Below are positions 29,636 through 40,396 of a stretch of DNA of 64,000 nucleotides, piece after piece. This stretch comes from Negativicutes bacterium (GTDB lineage Bacteria > Bacillota > Negativicutes > UBA1444): NCBI GenBank assembly GCA_963665275.2, contig CAXXIN010000013.1, forward strand, positions 160,001-224,000, written 5' to 3'. The position numbers and the translations under genes were made by a program. Every line of letters starts with the position of its first letter. Positions within the stretch are counted from its first letter, which is position 1. A model generated the notes under the pieces. The model had not been told where the DNA came from. It saw nothing but the letters and a program-made list of their open reading frames with translations, and did no database searches.

Positions 29636-31609
29636 CTATACGCGGAACTTGGCGACCGCCCCTTGCAGTTCCTGCGCCAGGGTTGCCAAAGCCCGGCTGG
29701 AGGTGGATATTTCCTCCATCGAGGCCAGTTGTTCTTCTGTAGCTGCCGACACGCTCTGCGCTTCCCCTGCGGACTTCTTGCTCAAATCGCCGATCTTCTT
29801 GACAGAGCCGACGATCTGCTGACTTCCCGTTGCCATCTGCTGGATCGCGCCTGAGATTTGTTTGACCTGTTCCGAAACATCAGTCACCAGGCCGGCGATT
29901 TCCCGGAAGGATACGCCTGCCGCATTGACTACATCTGCTCCGGTCTTCACTTCCCGGGTGCCGTTATTCATCGCGTCTACAGCTTTATCGGTATCGACCT
30001 GGATTTCGCCGATCAGTTCGGCGATTTTCTTGGCGGCGGCTTCCGATTGCTCGGCCAACTTGCGGACTTCTTCCGCCACGACGGCGAAACCACGGCCCTG
30101 CTCCCCGGCCCGCGCCGCCTCGATCGCGGCATTGAGCGCAAGCAGGTTGGTTTGTCCGGCGATGCCGGAAATGGTGTCGACGATCTGGCCGATTTCCTTC
30201 GATCGTTCACCCAGTTTGGCGACCACTTGCGCCGAAGCATTGACAGTATTTTCGATCAAGGTCATCTGCCTGACGGCTTTATCAACGGCGGCTCCGCCAT
30301 TAATGGCTTTGCCCGCCGCCTGCCCGGACTGACCGGATACGAGGTTGGCATTGGCGGCGATCTGAGCTATCCCGGCCGACATTTCTTCCACGATCGCCGA
30401 AGCATCTGTCGTTGCCGCCAATTGAACGTTAGCGCCCTCGGCGACATCGGTTATGGAAATGGCCACCTGATTGGAGGCTTGCGCCGACTGCTCGGCGCTG
30501 GCCGTGAGTTCTTCGCTGGAGGCGGCCAACTGCTCCGCATTGGAATAAATCTGTTTGATCAGAGAACGCACGTTGGAGGTCATTTGCTCGAAACTCTTGG
30601 CTAGACGCCCGATTTCATCGTTGGACTCAATGTTCAGGCTGGTTTGGGAGAGGTCGCCGCCCGCGATGCGATTGGCCGCCGCTTCCAACGCCTGAATCGG
30701 TTTGGCGATGCGTCGGGCAATCATCACAATGATCACCGCCGCGAGCGCCAATACGATCAGGATCGTAATCAGGGAAATGGTTCGCAATCCCGAGATACTC
30801 TCTGTCACTTCTGCTGTTGGCACATTGATTCCCAGATACCACTTCACCCCAGGGACAGGTGCATAAGCGACCATTTTCTCCACGCCGTCGTAGGTATAGG
30901 AAGCGACGCCCTTTTCGCCCTTCAGGATTTGCGTATTAACATTGCGTAATACTTCCGGCAATTTAGTGTCCTTGACCGCATTCACCTTCATGGCGATGTC
31001 CGGGCTGGGGTGGAAAATGGCCAGGCCGTCAGCTTGCATGACATAGGCATAGCCCGTTTTTCCCGCCTTGACTGCCGAAACCTTCTTGGTCAAGTCCTCC
31101 ATGCTGATGGCGCCGAACACGACGCCTGTGACCGTCCCGCCCACTTTTACCGGGACAGCTACTACCGTTACCAATTTGCCGGTACCCCGCGAAATAACAG
31201 GATCAGAAACCGTGGCTTCGCCCTTCAGCGCTCGCTGAATATAATCGCGTTCCATAAGACTCCCGGTTGAGCCGACATTATCATAGAATGTTCCATTCGG
31301 AAACACGTAGCCGTAGTTCGCATACCGCGAGTGTTCTTTGGCCAGATAAGCCAGGTAGGGTACGATTTCTTCGACTTTGGCATTGCGAATAACGGGTGAT
31401 GTTGCAATGCCGGTCAGTTCCAGCTTACAGGTCGCCAGCCACTCGCCAATTCCTCCGGCGGAGTCTGTGGCTGAAACTTGCAGGCTTGTCGTGATATCTT
31501 CGGTAACGACGGAATGAGCCTTCCAATAATTCAAGCCACCTAACGTTCCCAGGGCAATCGTGAGTAAAACCAAAATGATCACAGTCAGTTTCGTCTGGAT
31601 GCTTTTCAA
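29636..31609 (-). CDS. dCache methyl-accepting chemotaxis protein
   Basis: ERDY, VSDPVIS, HAMP (NDEIG), MCP signalling motif. Confidence 0.93.
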   Translation of the reverse strand: MKSIQTKLTVIILVLLTIALGTLGGLNYWKAHSVVTEDITTSLQVSATDSAGGIGEWLATCKLELTGIATSPVIRNAKVEEIVPYLAYLAKEHSRYANYGYVFPNGTFYDNVGSTGSLMERDYIQRALKGEATVSDPVISRGTGKLVTVVAVPVKVGGTVTGVVFGAISMEDLTKKVSAVKAGKTGYAYVMQADGLAIFHPSPDIAMKVNAVKDTKLPEVLRNVNTQILKGEKGVASYTYDGVEKMVAYAPVPGVKWYLGINVPTAEVTESISGLRTISLITILIVLALAAVIIVMIARRIAKPIQALEAAANRIAGGDLSQTSLNIESNDEIGRLAKSFEQMTSNVRSLIKQIYSNAEQLAASSEELTASAEQSAQASNQVAISITDVAEGANVQLAATTDASAIVEEMSAGIAQIAANANLVSGQSGQAAGKAINGGAAVDKAVRQMTLIENTVNASAQVVAKLGERSKEIGQIVDTISGIAGQTNLLALNAAIEAARAGEQGRGFAVVAEEVRKLAEQSEAAAKKIAELIGEIQVDTDKAVDAMNNGTREVKTGADVVNAAGVSFREIAGLVTDVSEQVKQISGAIQQMATGSQQIVGSVKKIGDLSKKSAGEAQSVSAATEEQLASMEEISTSSRALATLAQELQGAVAKFRV

Positions 31610-31775
31610 CAGAATCCCGCTCCCTTTCTTCCCCGATATCCTCTGAAGTTACCAACAGAAGTACGCCGTACCCCATCATGCGTACTTTGCAATACCGCCC
31701 CCCTACTGAAAATATCAACCCACACGCAATCATGGTCTTTGTAATCAAAATATTCTAACTTTCCTCATATATACT

Positions 31776-31801
31776 GTTCCCCCCCGGCAAACTTAAATCC
31801 T
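31776..31801 (-). promoter_or_regulatory. SigH-like promoter of the MCP gene
   Basis: AGGATTT-N13-ggGAAC. Confidence 0.4.
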
Positions 31802-31851
31802 GCCAATTAGTTGTGTTTACCCAAACATTAATTGGGTTTCCATCGCTTTAC

Positions 31852-31887
31852 AAAAAAAAACTGACGCCATTGTAAAACGACGTCAGT
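31852..31887 (-). terminator. Intrinsic terminator
   Basis: actgacgtc..ggcgtcagt followed by a long T tract on the minus strand. Confidence 0.8.
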
Positions 31888-31927
31888 CTGTGAGAGTATA
31901 TTTTTCCCTATTTAATTCACGAACCTT

Positions 31928-32419
31928 TTAATTCACGAATTCATTGGTTTCCACATTGTATTTGACATTGTCAAACGTCACTGGGGCCATGCCGGCTTTG
32001 ACAACTTTGACATTCTCTTTAAATTCGGCAATTTTCGTTTTCCAGTTATAATCGACTTTGGCAGCAGTGATTTGCAGGTTAGGTCGTTGCAAATTTGCCC
32101 CACCCTCAATCATTGCTACATCTTTGCCATAAACGACATAAGCGCTGTCGCCTTTGAAAATGACGTCATACTGTTTCAATAGCCAACCGCCTGTACCCCA
32201 AAATTCAAGGGTAGAAAGCTTGACTTGAGCTTTATCGCCTGCAATATAGCCATTTTCGAGGGCAATGACGATATTGCCGTTGATGAAATATTGACCGCTT
32301 TCAACATCAAAGAATTGTTTGTCCGCTCGAAAATACTTGTTATTGACTGCGGCAAAGCTGGTGCTTGTGATGCATAGCATGAGTAAAGCCGCGACAATGA
32401 TGATCCCTGTTTTTTTCAT
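31928..32419 (-). CDS. Exported LptA/OstA-like beta-jellyroll protein
   Basis: Signal peptide (TSFAA); repeated beta motifs RAD..FD, GNIVI, ITAAKVDYNWKT..AEF..NVKV, YNVET. Confidence 0.7.
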   Translation of the reverse strand: MKKTGIIIVAALLMLCITSTSFAAVNNKYFRADKQFFDVESGQYFINGNIVIALENGYIAGDKAQVKLSTLEFWGTGGWLLKQYDVIFKGDSAYVVYGKDVAMIEGGANLQRPNLQITAAKVDYNWKTKIAEFKENVKVVKAGMAPVTFDNVKYNVETNEFVN

Positions 32420-32472
32420 GAGCAGTACCTCGCAAAAATTTTATTGGGGTTGATGGTGAAGAACAGTTTGGA

Positions 32473-33795
32473 TTACTTAACCGGTATGCCCATGGATTTT
32501 TCGAGTTGGGCCCGGTAGGTGTTGTTGGCGTAAATCGACTTAAGCAGGTTGCTCTTGGCGGTGGTCAGCGCCAGCTGCGAGTCCAGCACGTCAAGGTTGG
32601 TGCCCACGCCTGCCTGGTAACGAATGACTTTGATCTTGTAATCTTCTTCAGCGAGTCCCACCGCGGCAGTGCTCGTCTGGATGGCTTCCTCCGAGGCTTT
32701 CAGGCTCAGATACGAAGACCTCACGTCCAGCTGTATATTGTCCACAGTCTGTTTCAACTGTTCCTTTGCTTTATTGAAGCCTTCCACGGCCTGCTTCACT
32801 TTGCCGGCCGTCAGGCCTGAGTCCATGAAGGTCCAGGTTGTCTGCAGATAGGCTGACCAGTTATAGTTGTTGCCGCCAGCAAAGGTATTGTCATACCAGC
32901 CTGGTGAATAGACCGCCGACACTGTCGGCAGATAACCCGCCTTGGCGATCGTGATTGCTTTCTGGGCGATCTTGGCCGCATCGCCCAACTGGCTGATCTC
33001 CGGCCGTTGCCGCAGGGCGGCGTCTACGCAGGCGGCGAGCGCCTGTTCATATTTCGAGTAGGTCATGTCCCCTTTGATGCTCAGTTCAGTGGTGAGCGGC
33101 AGGCCGACGACGTTATTCAAAGTGGCCATGGTGATGTCGTAGGTATTCATCGCGACGATGAGGGCTTGCCTGGCATTGGCCAAGTCTACTTCTGTCCGGA
33201 GTACATCGACTTTAGCGACGACGCCGACCTCGAACTGCAGTCGGACATCCCGCAGATAGGATTCCAGCCGCTGGACCGCTTCCTGATTCAACGCGACGGA
33301 GTCGCGGGCCGCCATGAAGTTGAAGTAGGCGGTTGTAGCGTCATATTTAAGCTGTTGTCGCGCTTTGGCAATCCCCCACTGGGTGGAATCGAGACCGAGT
33401 TTGGCCTGCGAGATCTGGCTTTCGTATCGGTTGCCGGACCAGAGGATCCAACTGGCATTGAGGCTGTTGGTGAAACGGTCAGTGACCGATCCGGGGTCCC
33501 GGCCCGCGGCTTGGTTCGCTTGGTCTCCCGACATCGTCCAGGTGTCGTTATGGGTTCCGGAGATGGTCGGCCAGCGTGAAGAGCGGGCTGAAGTCAGCGC
33601 CCCTTTGGCGACTTCATAGTCGAAGACGGCGATCTTGCCGGACGGGTTATTGACCTGTGTCATTTTGACGGCTTCATCCAGTGTCAGTTCCAGCGGCGCT
33701 GCATTGCCGATACTAATCCATTGGAAAAGAACCGCCGTCACAAGACAGAACACCACTACTACCTTGAGCTTAATTTTTTGCTGCTGTCGTTTCAT
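32473..33795 (-). CDS. TolC-family outer membrane efflux protein
   Basis: LTLDEAV, AKVDVLR, RPEI, KAGYLPTV, RYQAGVGTNLDVLD. Confidence 0.9.
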   Translation of the reverse strand: MKRQQQKIKLKVVVVFCLVTAVLFQWISIGNAAPLELTLDEAVKMTQVNNPSGKIAVFDYEVAKGALTSARSSRWPTISGTHNDTWTMSGDQANQAAGRDPGSVTDRFTNSLNASWILWSGNRYESQISQAKLGLDSTQWGIAKARQQLKYDATTAYFNFMAARDSVALNQEAVQRLESYLRDVRLQFEVGVVAKVDVLRTEVDLANARQALIVAMNTYDITMATLNNVVGLPLTTELSIKGDMTYSKYEQALAACVDAALRQRPEISQLGDAAKIAQKAITIAKAGYLPTVSAVYSPGWYDNTFAGGNNYNWSAYLQTTWTFMDSGLTAGKVKQAVEGFNKAKEQLKQTVDNIQLDVRSSYLSLKASEEAIQTSTAAVGLAEEDYKIKVIRYQAGVGTNLDVLDSQLALTTAKSNLLKSIYANNTYRAQLEKSMGIPVK

Positions 33796-33870
33796 ACGTT
33801 CTCCTTTTATCTTGTATTGATTTTCGGTGCGTATTATTCAGATCATCCTTCGAATTAATCGAAATATGGT

Positions 33871-35193
33871 TCATTGTTTCAGCCAACCCTTTTTATGGCT
33901 CGTAATCCCTTTAAATGAAGTTACAAAGGCTTCCAACGGAGTTAGATTGAAAGTTCCCGTAGAAAAAACCGCAACATCCACCTCCTTGCCGTCTTCCACG
34001 TCATACACCATTTGAAAAGTAGTAATATAGTATATTCTTTTTTCTTGCCGGACCTGCGACGACTCCACTTCCGGCGCTATTAACCAGCGGCAATTGGCAG
34101 CAGCGGCATTTTCCAGCCAATTTTCGCTCGCTTTATCGTCGGAAATGATGACATTGGGCAGAGTCTGGCGATATTCATCGTACAAGGCTTCCCGCATATA
34201 ATAGAATTCTCCCGCCAATGACTCCGGCAATTTATTCTTCAACGGAGCGATGCAGACTCTTTCACCACTCATCGGTTTGGCGCTTGTCGTCCCTGTCAGT
34301 TCCGCCCCGGACTCTACTGCCAATCGGCGCTTGTCATACTGATTTTTCATGACGCCATCCATATAGCCTGCCAAATCATGAGGATCATCACGGGTCACCG
34401 GCAATTTGAACTTGACTTCGCTTCCAAACTGCCGATAGCCGCCAACAAGGCCTTGGAGGGCTGTCACAATCGGATCACCGGCAATCACAACCCGGGTCAG
34501 TTTCAGCACCGGATCGAATTTTTCCGCGAATGCCGCATTCCCGACAGCGGGTGCGCCAAAGGTAATGACTTCAATTTGATTTGGGTCCAAGCCCATGTCA
34601 ATAAACCGTGCGCCCACCAGCGTAGCCGCCGCTCCCCCCAGGCTATGTCCGGTAAGCAGCAGGTGCGACTTGGAATTGGCTTGCAGCAGTTCCGGCAAAA
34701 ACAGGGGACCTGTCCCTTGAGTGCGCAGTTCGGCGGTTGCTCCAGCCTGGATATACTCGTTGAATCCCCGGTGAACTTTGGGTTTATCGTTCGGTATATC
34801 GTCGAGCAGTGAATTGGCCGTCATTTCTTCCGGGCTTTGCCCGGCAAAATATACTTTACTTGTCTTGAGGTCGATTGCGACATCCTTCGAGTTTTCGGTG
34901 CCAACGATGGCTACAATATAGAGTGGCACGTCCGGCTCCATCTCTTTGGTTGCGATCAGGAATCTGGCCCCGGCCCGGTTTTGCGGCTGAACATAATGGG
35001 TAATCTCCCAACCGTCCTGCTCCAGATAACGAGTGGCTATCTCCCCCATCCGATTATGGTAGGCGGCTACACTTGCGCCTGCGGCCAAATGCATTTTGTA
35101 AGCGTCTTCATAGACTTCTTTCGGCCCGGCAAAAGATACCGATGGTATACAAAGCACTCCCATGAGCAGAAATAAGATTAACCATTTTTTCAT
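33871..35193 (-). CDS. Exported class 3 lipase with C-terminal extension
   Basis: Signal peptide; VHRGF, TGHSLGGA nucleophile elbow, TFGAP.VGN, GDPI, PH. Confidence 0.85.
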   Translation of the reverse strand: MKKWLILFLLMGVLCIPSVSFAGPKEVYEDAYKMHLAAGASVAAYHNRMGEIATRYLEQDGWEITHYVQPQNRAGARFLIATKEMEPDVPLYIVAIVGTENSKDVAIDLKTSKVYFAGQSPEEMTANSLLDDIPNDKPKVHRGFNEYIQAGATAELRTQGTGPLFLPELLQANSKSHLLLTGHSLGGAAATLVGARFIDMGLDPNQIEVITFGAPAVGNAAFAEKFDPVLKLTRVVIAGDPIVTALQGLVGGYRQFGSEVKFKLPVTRDDPHDLAGYMDGVMKNQYDKRRLAVESGAELTGTTSAKPMSGERVCIAPLKNKLPESLAGEFYYMREALYDEYRQTLPNVIISDDKASENWLENAAAANCRWLIAPEVESSQVRQEKRIYYITTFQMVYDVEDGKEVDVAVFSTGTFNLTPLEAFVTSFKGITSHKKGWLKQ

Positions 35194-35217
35194 GGCTGCA
35201 CCTCCCCCAAATGGTAC

Positions 35218-38200
35218 TTATTCCTGTCGAATTTTGAACCACGCGGCATACATCGTCGGCAATACAATGAGTGTCAAAATCGTGGCGCCGAACAATCCCG
35301 CCGCTATCGCCACCGCCATCGGCCCCCAGAACAGACTGGAGACTAGCGGGATCATCGCGAGAATCGCCGCCGCGGCAGTCAATAGGATCGGCCGGAAACG
35401 GGAGATCGTCGCGTTAATGATCGCCGCCCAGGGTGGTTCCCCTGCTGCAATATGTTTTTCGATTTGATCAATCAGTATGACCGAGTTTCGCATAATAATT
35501 CCGGCCAGCGCCAAAATTCCCAACTGCACGACAAACCCCATTGGCTTGCCCGTCACCAGCAAACCGATACTCACGCCAATCAATCCAAGCGGTGCGGTGA
35601 GCAGCACCAACATGGTTTTGGATACGCTTTCCAATTGCAGCATCAACAGAATGAGAATTATGATCAGCATGACCGGAGCCGGTTCAAGCATCCATGCAGC
35701 TGCCTTGGTGCTCGACTCAGCCGAACCGCCGAGAGTGAGCTCGTAGCCGGCTGGCAAAGTCTCGCGCAAATCCTTGAGCGTTTCAAAGAACTTCTTGGCG
35801 GCGGAATCAGGCGCGATGCCGGGAATGGTGTTGGCCTGAGCCGTGATGGTGGGAACCAGATTTCGCCGCCAAATGAGGCCATCCTCCATTTCACTATTGA
35901 TCGTGGCGACTTGTTCCAGCGGAATGTACTTGCCTGTCCCCAGATGAATATTTATGTCTTTGAGCCTGGACAAGTCCTCCCGCCATGCGGAATCGAGGCG
36001 AAAATCGATGCCGACCGTTTTATCCCGCTCACGAAACTCGCCGACTGTCGTCCCCGGCAAAAACGCTTGCAAATTTTGCGCCACTGTTTGATTGTTCAGC
36101 CCCAGCAGGCGAACTTTGTCGCGATCCATATTCAATCTGACCAGTTTTGATTTTTCATTCCAGTCCAGGTTTACGCTGATCAACTCCGGATTCGCCGCCA
36201 TACGTTGCCGCACTTGTTCGGCAATCGTGCGCAGTTTTGCATGATCTGGGCCACTAACCCGGATCATCACTCCATACGGCTCAGACGGTCCGCTTTTGAT
36301 TATTTTCAAGTTGCCTTGAACTTCAGGAAACTCTGTCGCCAGCAACCCTTGCGCCTTGTTTAGTATCGCTGTGCGCGCTTCCATGTTTTTGGCTGAAATC
36401 ACCAACTGGCTGAAATGAGCCATTGGGTCAGCCGGGTTGACGGTAAGCACAAACCGCGGCGCGCCTTCTCCCACATAAAAAGACAGGCTATCAACATTGG
36501 GATCGCCTTCAAACTGTTTGGCAAATCGTCGCACCTCCGTTTCTGATGCCTGCATGGACGATCCTGCCGGCAGACGGAGTTCGACAATCACTTCCCGATG
36601 CGTAGATGCTGGGAAAAACTCTTCGTGCACTGTGCTGATCAATCCAAGCGATATGATAAAACAAACGACCGTGCTGATCAAGACTGATTTGCGATGCCGC
36701 AGACTCCAATTGAGAATCCCTTTAAACTTATTGTAAAATCGCGTATTGTACATGTCGTGATGACTTTTCGCCTCATGCTGCGGCGGTCGGATCAGTTGGT
36801 AGCCAAACAGCGGCGTTGCCACCGCAGCCACAATCCAGGAAAGAAGGAGTGAAATCAAAATCACGTAGAACATGCTGCCGACATATTCAGCGGCCATGCC
36901 CGGCGCAAAACCAACGGGAATAAAGCCGGCGCAAGTGATCAAAGTACCTGTCAGCATCGGGAACGCGGTTACGGTATAGGCGTGGCAGGCTGCATCAAAC
37001 CGGCTCCAGCCCTGTTCCAGCTTCACCGACATCATTTCAATCGCGATGATGGCATCGTCCACCAACAGCCCGAGAGAAATAATCAAGGCGCCGAGGGAGA
37101 TATTGTGCAGGTCAATATGCATAATCTTCATCATCGCAAATACTGCTGCGATAACCAAGGGAATGCAAAAAGCGACGACCAAGCCGGAACGAAAGCCCAA
37201 ACTGGCAAAACTAACCAGCAGCACGATAATGATCGCTTCGGCCAAAGATTTTGTAAATTCACCGATCGAGCTTTCCACTACCTGAGGCTGGTTAAATACC
37301 GTTTGCAGTTCCATGCCCACAGGCAAATCTCGCTGCCAACGCCCCACCTGCGCGCGTAAATTTTTGCCTAGGTCAAGAATGTTGCCGCCCCGTTCCATCG
37401 ACACCGCAATACCAATCGCAGGTTGTCCATTGAAGAAAAACTTTCCATCCATGGGCTCAACAAAACTGCGCTCTACTTTAGCGATATCGCCCAGCCGAAA
37501 GTTCCTGCCACCGGCGCGGATCGGCAAGCTTTTCAAATCTTCGATGCTTTCAAACATACCGCTGACTCTGAGATACACATCATCGGTCGATGTTTCCAGC
37601 ATGCCTGACGGCGTCATGACGTTGTTCGCTTGAATCGCCGACGTAATATCCGTCGGGCCGATACCCAGCTGCGCCAGCTTGACCGTTTCCATTTCCACAT
37701 AGATTTTTTCGGTTTGCTCACCAACTAACTCGACTTTTTTTACATATTGAATGCCAATCAGTGTCCGGCGAATCTTTTCGGCTTGCTCGCGCAGTTCTTC
37801 GTAGTTGTAGCCGTCACCTGTCAGCGCATACACATTACCGAACACATCGTCGAACCGATCATTGAAAAATGGACCCACAACACCGGACGGCAGCGACCCC
37901 TTGGCGTCATTCACCAGGTTGCGCGCTTCCAGCCAAAGTGGCCGGACCTGAGCTTCCGCAACCGCCTCCTCCTTGAGGTTCACATAAATCAGCGACTGTC
38001 CAGGCTTGGAGTAGCTTTTTAAATAATCCAGATTCGGCAAATCTTGCAGCTTTTTTTCAATTTTATCCGTAACTTGTTCTTCAACTTCGCGCGCCGATGC
38101 ACCCGGCCAGCTAACACTGACAAGCATGGTGCGGATGGTGAAATCCGGGTCCTCCATGCGCCCCAGCTTTTGATAGGAAAAAATACCGGCGACAAAAGTC

Positions 38201-38268
38201 AGGACAATAAAAAAGTATACAAGTTCTTTGTGTTTAAGCGACCATTCCGTTAAGTTAAATCCTTTCAT
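35218..38268 (-). CDS. RND efflux permease (AcrB/AcrD/AcrF family)
   Basis: GRMEDPDF, GLLVDDAI, RFRPILLT; 12-TM pattern. Confidence 0.93.
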   Translation of the reverse strand: MKGFNLTEWSLKHKELVYFFIVLTFVAGIFSYQKLGRMEDPDFTIRTMLVSVSWPGASAREVEEQVTDKIEKKLQDLPNLDYLKSYSKPGQSLIYVNLKEEAVAEAQVRPLWLEARNLVNDAKGSLPSGVVGPFFNDRFDDVFGNVYALTGDGYNYEELREQAEKIRRTLIGIQYVKKVELVGEQTEKIYVEMETVKLAQLGIGPTDITSAIQANNVMTPSGMLETSTDDVYLRVSGMFESIEDLKSLPIRAGGRNFRLGDIAKVERSFVEPMDGKFFFNGQPAIGIAVSMERGGNILDLGKNLRAQVGRWQRDLPVGMELQTVFNQPQVVESSIGEFTKSLAEAIIIVLLVSFASLGFRSGLVVAFCIPLVIAAVFAMMKIMHIDLHNISLGALIISLGLLVDDAIIAIEMMSVKLEQGWSRFDAACHAYTVTAFPMLTGTLITCAGFIPVGFAPGMAAEYVGSMFYVILISLLLSWIVAAVATPLFGYQLIRPPQHEAKSHHDMYNTRFYNKFKGILNWSLRHRKSVLISTVVCFIISLGLISTVHEEFFPASTHREVIVELRLPAGSSMQASETEVRRFAKQFEGDPNVDSLSFYVGEGAPRFVLTVNPADPMAHFSQLVISAKNMEARTAILNKAQGLLATEFPEVQGNLKIIKSGPSEPYGVMIRVSGPDHAKLRTIAEQVRQRMAANPELISVNLDWNEKSKLVRLNMDRDKVRLLGLNNQTVAQNLQAFLPGTTVGEFRERDKTVGIDFRLDSAWREDLSRLKDINIHLGTGKYIPLEQVATINSEMEDGLIWRRNLVPTITAQANTIPGIAPDSAAKKFFETLKDLRETLPAGYELTLGGSAESSTKAAAWMLEPAPVMLIIILILLMLQLESVSKTMLVLLTAPLGLIGVSIGLLVTGKPMGFVVQLGILALAGIIMRNSVILIDQIEKHIAAGEPPWAAIINATISRFRPILLTAAAAILAMIPLVSSLFWGPMAVAIAAGLFGATILTLIVLPTMYAAWFKIRQE

Positions 38269-39455
38269 TGCAGCCCCTCGCCAGCCAGCCGGACTTTTTG
38301 CCCTTCACGCAGCTTTTGCACGCCAGCGGTCACAATCGTATCACCGGATTGCAAGCCGCTGATAACCTGAACCGTATTTTTGCCGAAACTTCCCGTCTGG
38401 ACCGACCGCAAAGTCACGTTGTCATTTTGTACAATCCAGACTGAGGGCTGGCTACCGGATTGATACAACGCCGACAGGGGGATCTCGTAGGAGATTACGG
38501 AACTGGAAGTCTGATCCGCCGATTCCACCGCCGCCGTCATCCCCAGCGTCATTTCGGCAGGCGGCTGATGTAGCGCTATGCGGGCTCGATAGGTGCGCGT
38601 CACCGAATCGGCAACCGGCGAAATTTCACGTACAGTTCCCTTGATCACGCCCTCCGGCATCGCCCACAATTTCACTTTCATAGCCATTCCTTCGCGGAAT
38701 TCGGCGCGACGGCTTTCCGCCACGCTGATTTCCACCTCGCGCTCACCGTCTTGAACCAGTGTCACAATCGTCTGCCCTGAACTCACCACTTGGCCGACTT
38801 CTGCCGATATCGCCGCTACAACACCGGCTTTATCAGCTTGCAAAACACTGTAGTCGAGTTGGTTCGCCCCTTGCGCATATTGCGCGGAAGCTTGCCGCGC
38901 CGCAGCGACTGCTACCTCGTAAGCGCTGAGATATTGGTCGTATTGCGCCTTGCTGACAGCGCCTTTTTCGTATAGCTGGCGGTAACGTTCCAGATTGTTG
39001 GCCGCCAGTTTCAGCTGCGAGTCGGCTGAGGCAACCTGGGCCGAAGCAATATTGACGGTTTGGCGGATGTCTTTGGCGTCGACTTGCAGTAAAGCATCTC
39101 CCGGCTGGACTTTGCTGCCCAGTTCAACAAAACGGCGGGTAATTTTCCCGCCCACTTGGAAAGATAACTGACTCTCATAGCGGCCACGCACTTCACCGGA
39201 ATAAATGTTCACGTTTTTTGCCCCGGCTGCCACAACTTTTTGCGTTCGCACCAACATTTGCTCTTGGGCTACTGCTACCGACTTGTGCTGGCTATGCCAA
39301 AACAGACCGCCCGCTACCCCAACGATCAACACGGCTCCCGCTAAAAACGCCCCTCGTTTCTTGCCAGAACAGAAGCCCTGTAAAGTGTCGCTCAGCCCTT
39401 TCAAGCCTCCCAGTAAATTCTCCGTTAATTTTTGCAATTGACCTTTGGCATTCAT
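38265..39455 (-). CDS. RND membrane fusion protein
   Basis: LSFQVGGKI lipoyl motif, helical hairpin, DSVTRTY, GLQSGDTIV. Confidence 0.92.
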   Translation of the reverse strand: MNAKGQLQKLTENLLGGLKGLSDTLQGFCSGKKRGAFLAGAVLIVGVAGGLFWHSQHKSVAVAQEQMLVRTQKVVAAGAKNVNIYSGEVRGRYESQLSFQVGGKITRRFVELGSKVQPGDALLQVDAKDIRQTVNIASAQVASADSQLKLAANNLERYRQLYEKGAVSKAQYDQYLSAYEVAVAAARQASAQYAQGANQLDYSVLQADKAGVVAAISAEVGQVVSSGQTIVTLVQDGEREVEISVAESRRAEFREGMAMKVKLWAMPEGVIKGTVREISPVADSVTRTYRARIALHQPPAEMTLGMTAAVESADQTSSSVISYEIPLSALYQSGSQPSVWIVQNDNVTLRSVQTGSFGKNTVQVISGLQSGDTIVTAGVQKLREGQKVRLAGEGLQ

Positions 39456-39486
39456 CCTATCCGCTCCCATACTTCAAATTATATTT

Positions 39487-39503
39487 GACTGACTTTAGTC
39501 AGT
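39487..39503. promoter_or_regulatory. Putative TetR operator upstream of the efflux operon
   Basis: Palindrome actgact-tt-agtcagt; near-identical copy at 40216-40233. Confidence 0.7.
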
Positions 39504-39567
39504 TGGTTGTTAAAATAATACCGTCGAAGTGCTCCAACTATTGGAGGTGGTTTCGCTTCGACGGCAG

Positions 39568-40191
39568 CTACTCGTCCTGCGTCAATTTTAATGAGTGCTC
39601 AGCAAGCCCCAAAGTTTTCTCAATCAACATTGCTGCAATTTCCAGATAGTGCGCATACATTGCAGCGGAGACCTTTTCATACGCGGCATCAAAAATGCTG
39701 TGCATGATATTGCCGACAAAAACTTGTGCAACTGCAGGGTGCTCGACGTGAAAAACTCCCTGTGCCTGGCCTTCTTCAATCACGCGTGTCAAACATGGCG
39801 CAATAATTTGTTTGCCTTTATTCACCAATTTATCCATCAGATGCAGGTACTGGTCATTGTACAAAAACTCAAACAGCAATCCGTCTTTATAGCGGATGGT
39901 GCGAAACATCGATTTCAAAACCAGTTCCAGCTTCCGCTGCGGCCCTAGCCTTTTGTCCGCCACCAACTGCTCTACCTTATTCGCTATGCCCTGTATTTGA
40001 CGCGCGATCAGCGCTTCCAAAATTTCTTCCTTGGACTTGAAGTAGTAGTAGAAAGTTCCCTGAGCCACGCCAATCTTTTTTACAATGTCGCTGATCTGCG
40101 TTTCATGATAGCCCTTGGCATAAAACAATTCTTCTGCGGTATCGAGGATTTCCGCCATGCGGACTTGCGGATCTTTCGTGATTCTTGCCAT
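39568..40191 (-). CDS. TetR/AcrR family regulator
   Basis: EILDTAEELF..KGY..T.ISDIV..GVAQGTFYYYFKSKE. Confidence 0.93.
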   Translation of the reverse strand: MARITKDPQVRMAEILDTAEELFYAKGYHETQISDIVKKIGVAQGTFYYYFKSKEEILEALIARQIQGIANKVEQLVADKRLGPQRKLELVLKSMFRTIRYKDGLLFEFLYNDQYLHLMDKLVNKGKQIIAPCLTRVIEEGQAQGVFHVEHPAVAQVFVGNIMHSIFDAAYEKVSAAMYAHYLEIAAMLIEKTLGLAEHSLKLTQDE

Positions 40192-40215
40192 GTTACCTCC
40201 TTAGCCGATCAGTTA

Positions 40216-40261
40216 TGACTGACTTAAGTCAATAATATCATTCACTGATTTTATTTGTCAA
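40216..40261 (-). promoter_or_regulatory. tetR promoter with autoregulatory operator
   Basis: TTGACA-N18-TATTAT followed by a tgactgacttaagtcaat operator copy. Confidence 0.7.
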
Positions 40262-40306
40262 TCAGGTATGATAATTTTTCTGAAGTTTTTTTTGCGAGTA
40301 TCCGCT

Positions 40307-40359
40307 GATAAAATTAGCCCCCTGCCGAGAGCTTACGTCGACAGAGGGCTAATTTTATC
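40307..40359. terminator. Long hairpin terminator after the membrane-protein gene
   Basis: gataaaattagccc...gggctaattttatc. Confidence 0.7.
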
Positions 40360-40396
40360 TTGTTACTATCCTTGTAGAAGTTTCACTGTCCTCAAC

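Noticed and set aside
12330-30180. DNA-level similarity between the two MCP genes and between the GGDEF-EAL genes at 3927 and 26656
   Set aside because: Ordinary paralogue conservation of signalling domains, not a mobile repeat
31612-31860. Possible c-di-GMP (GEMM) riboswitch upstream of the MCP
   Set aside because: No GGCAAA...GACGCAAA/GNRA-receptor core on the coding strand; only a small aagtacgc/gcgtactt hairpin and a promoter
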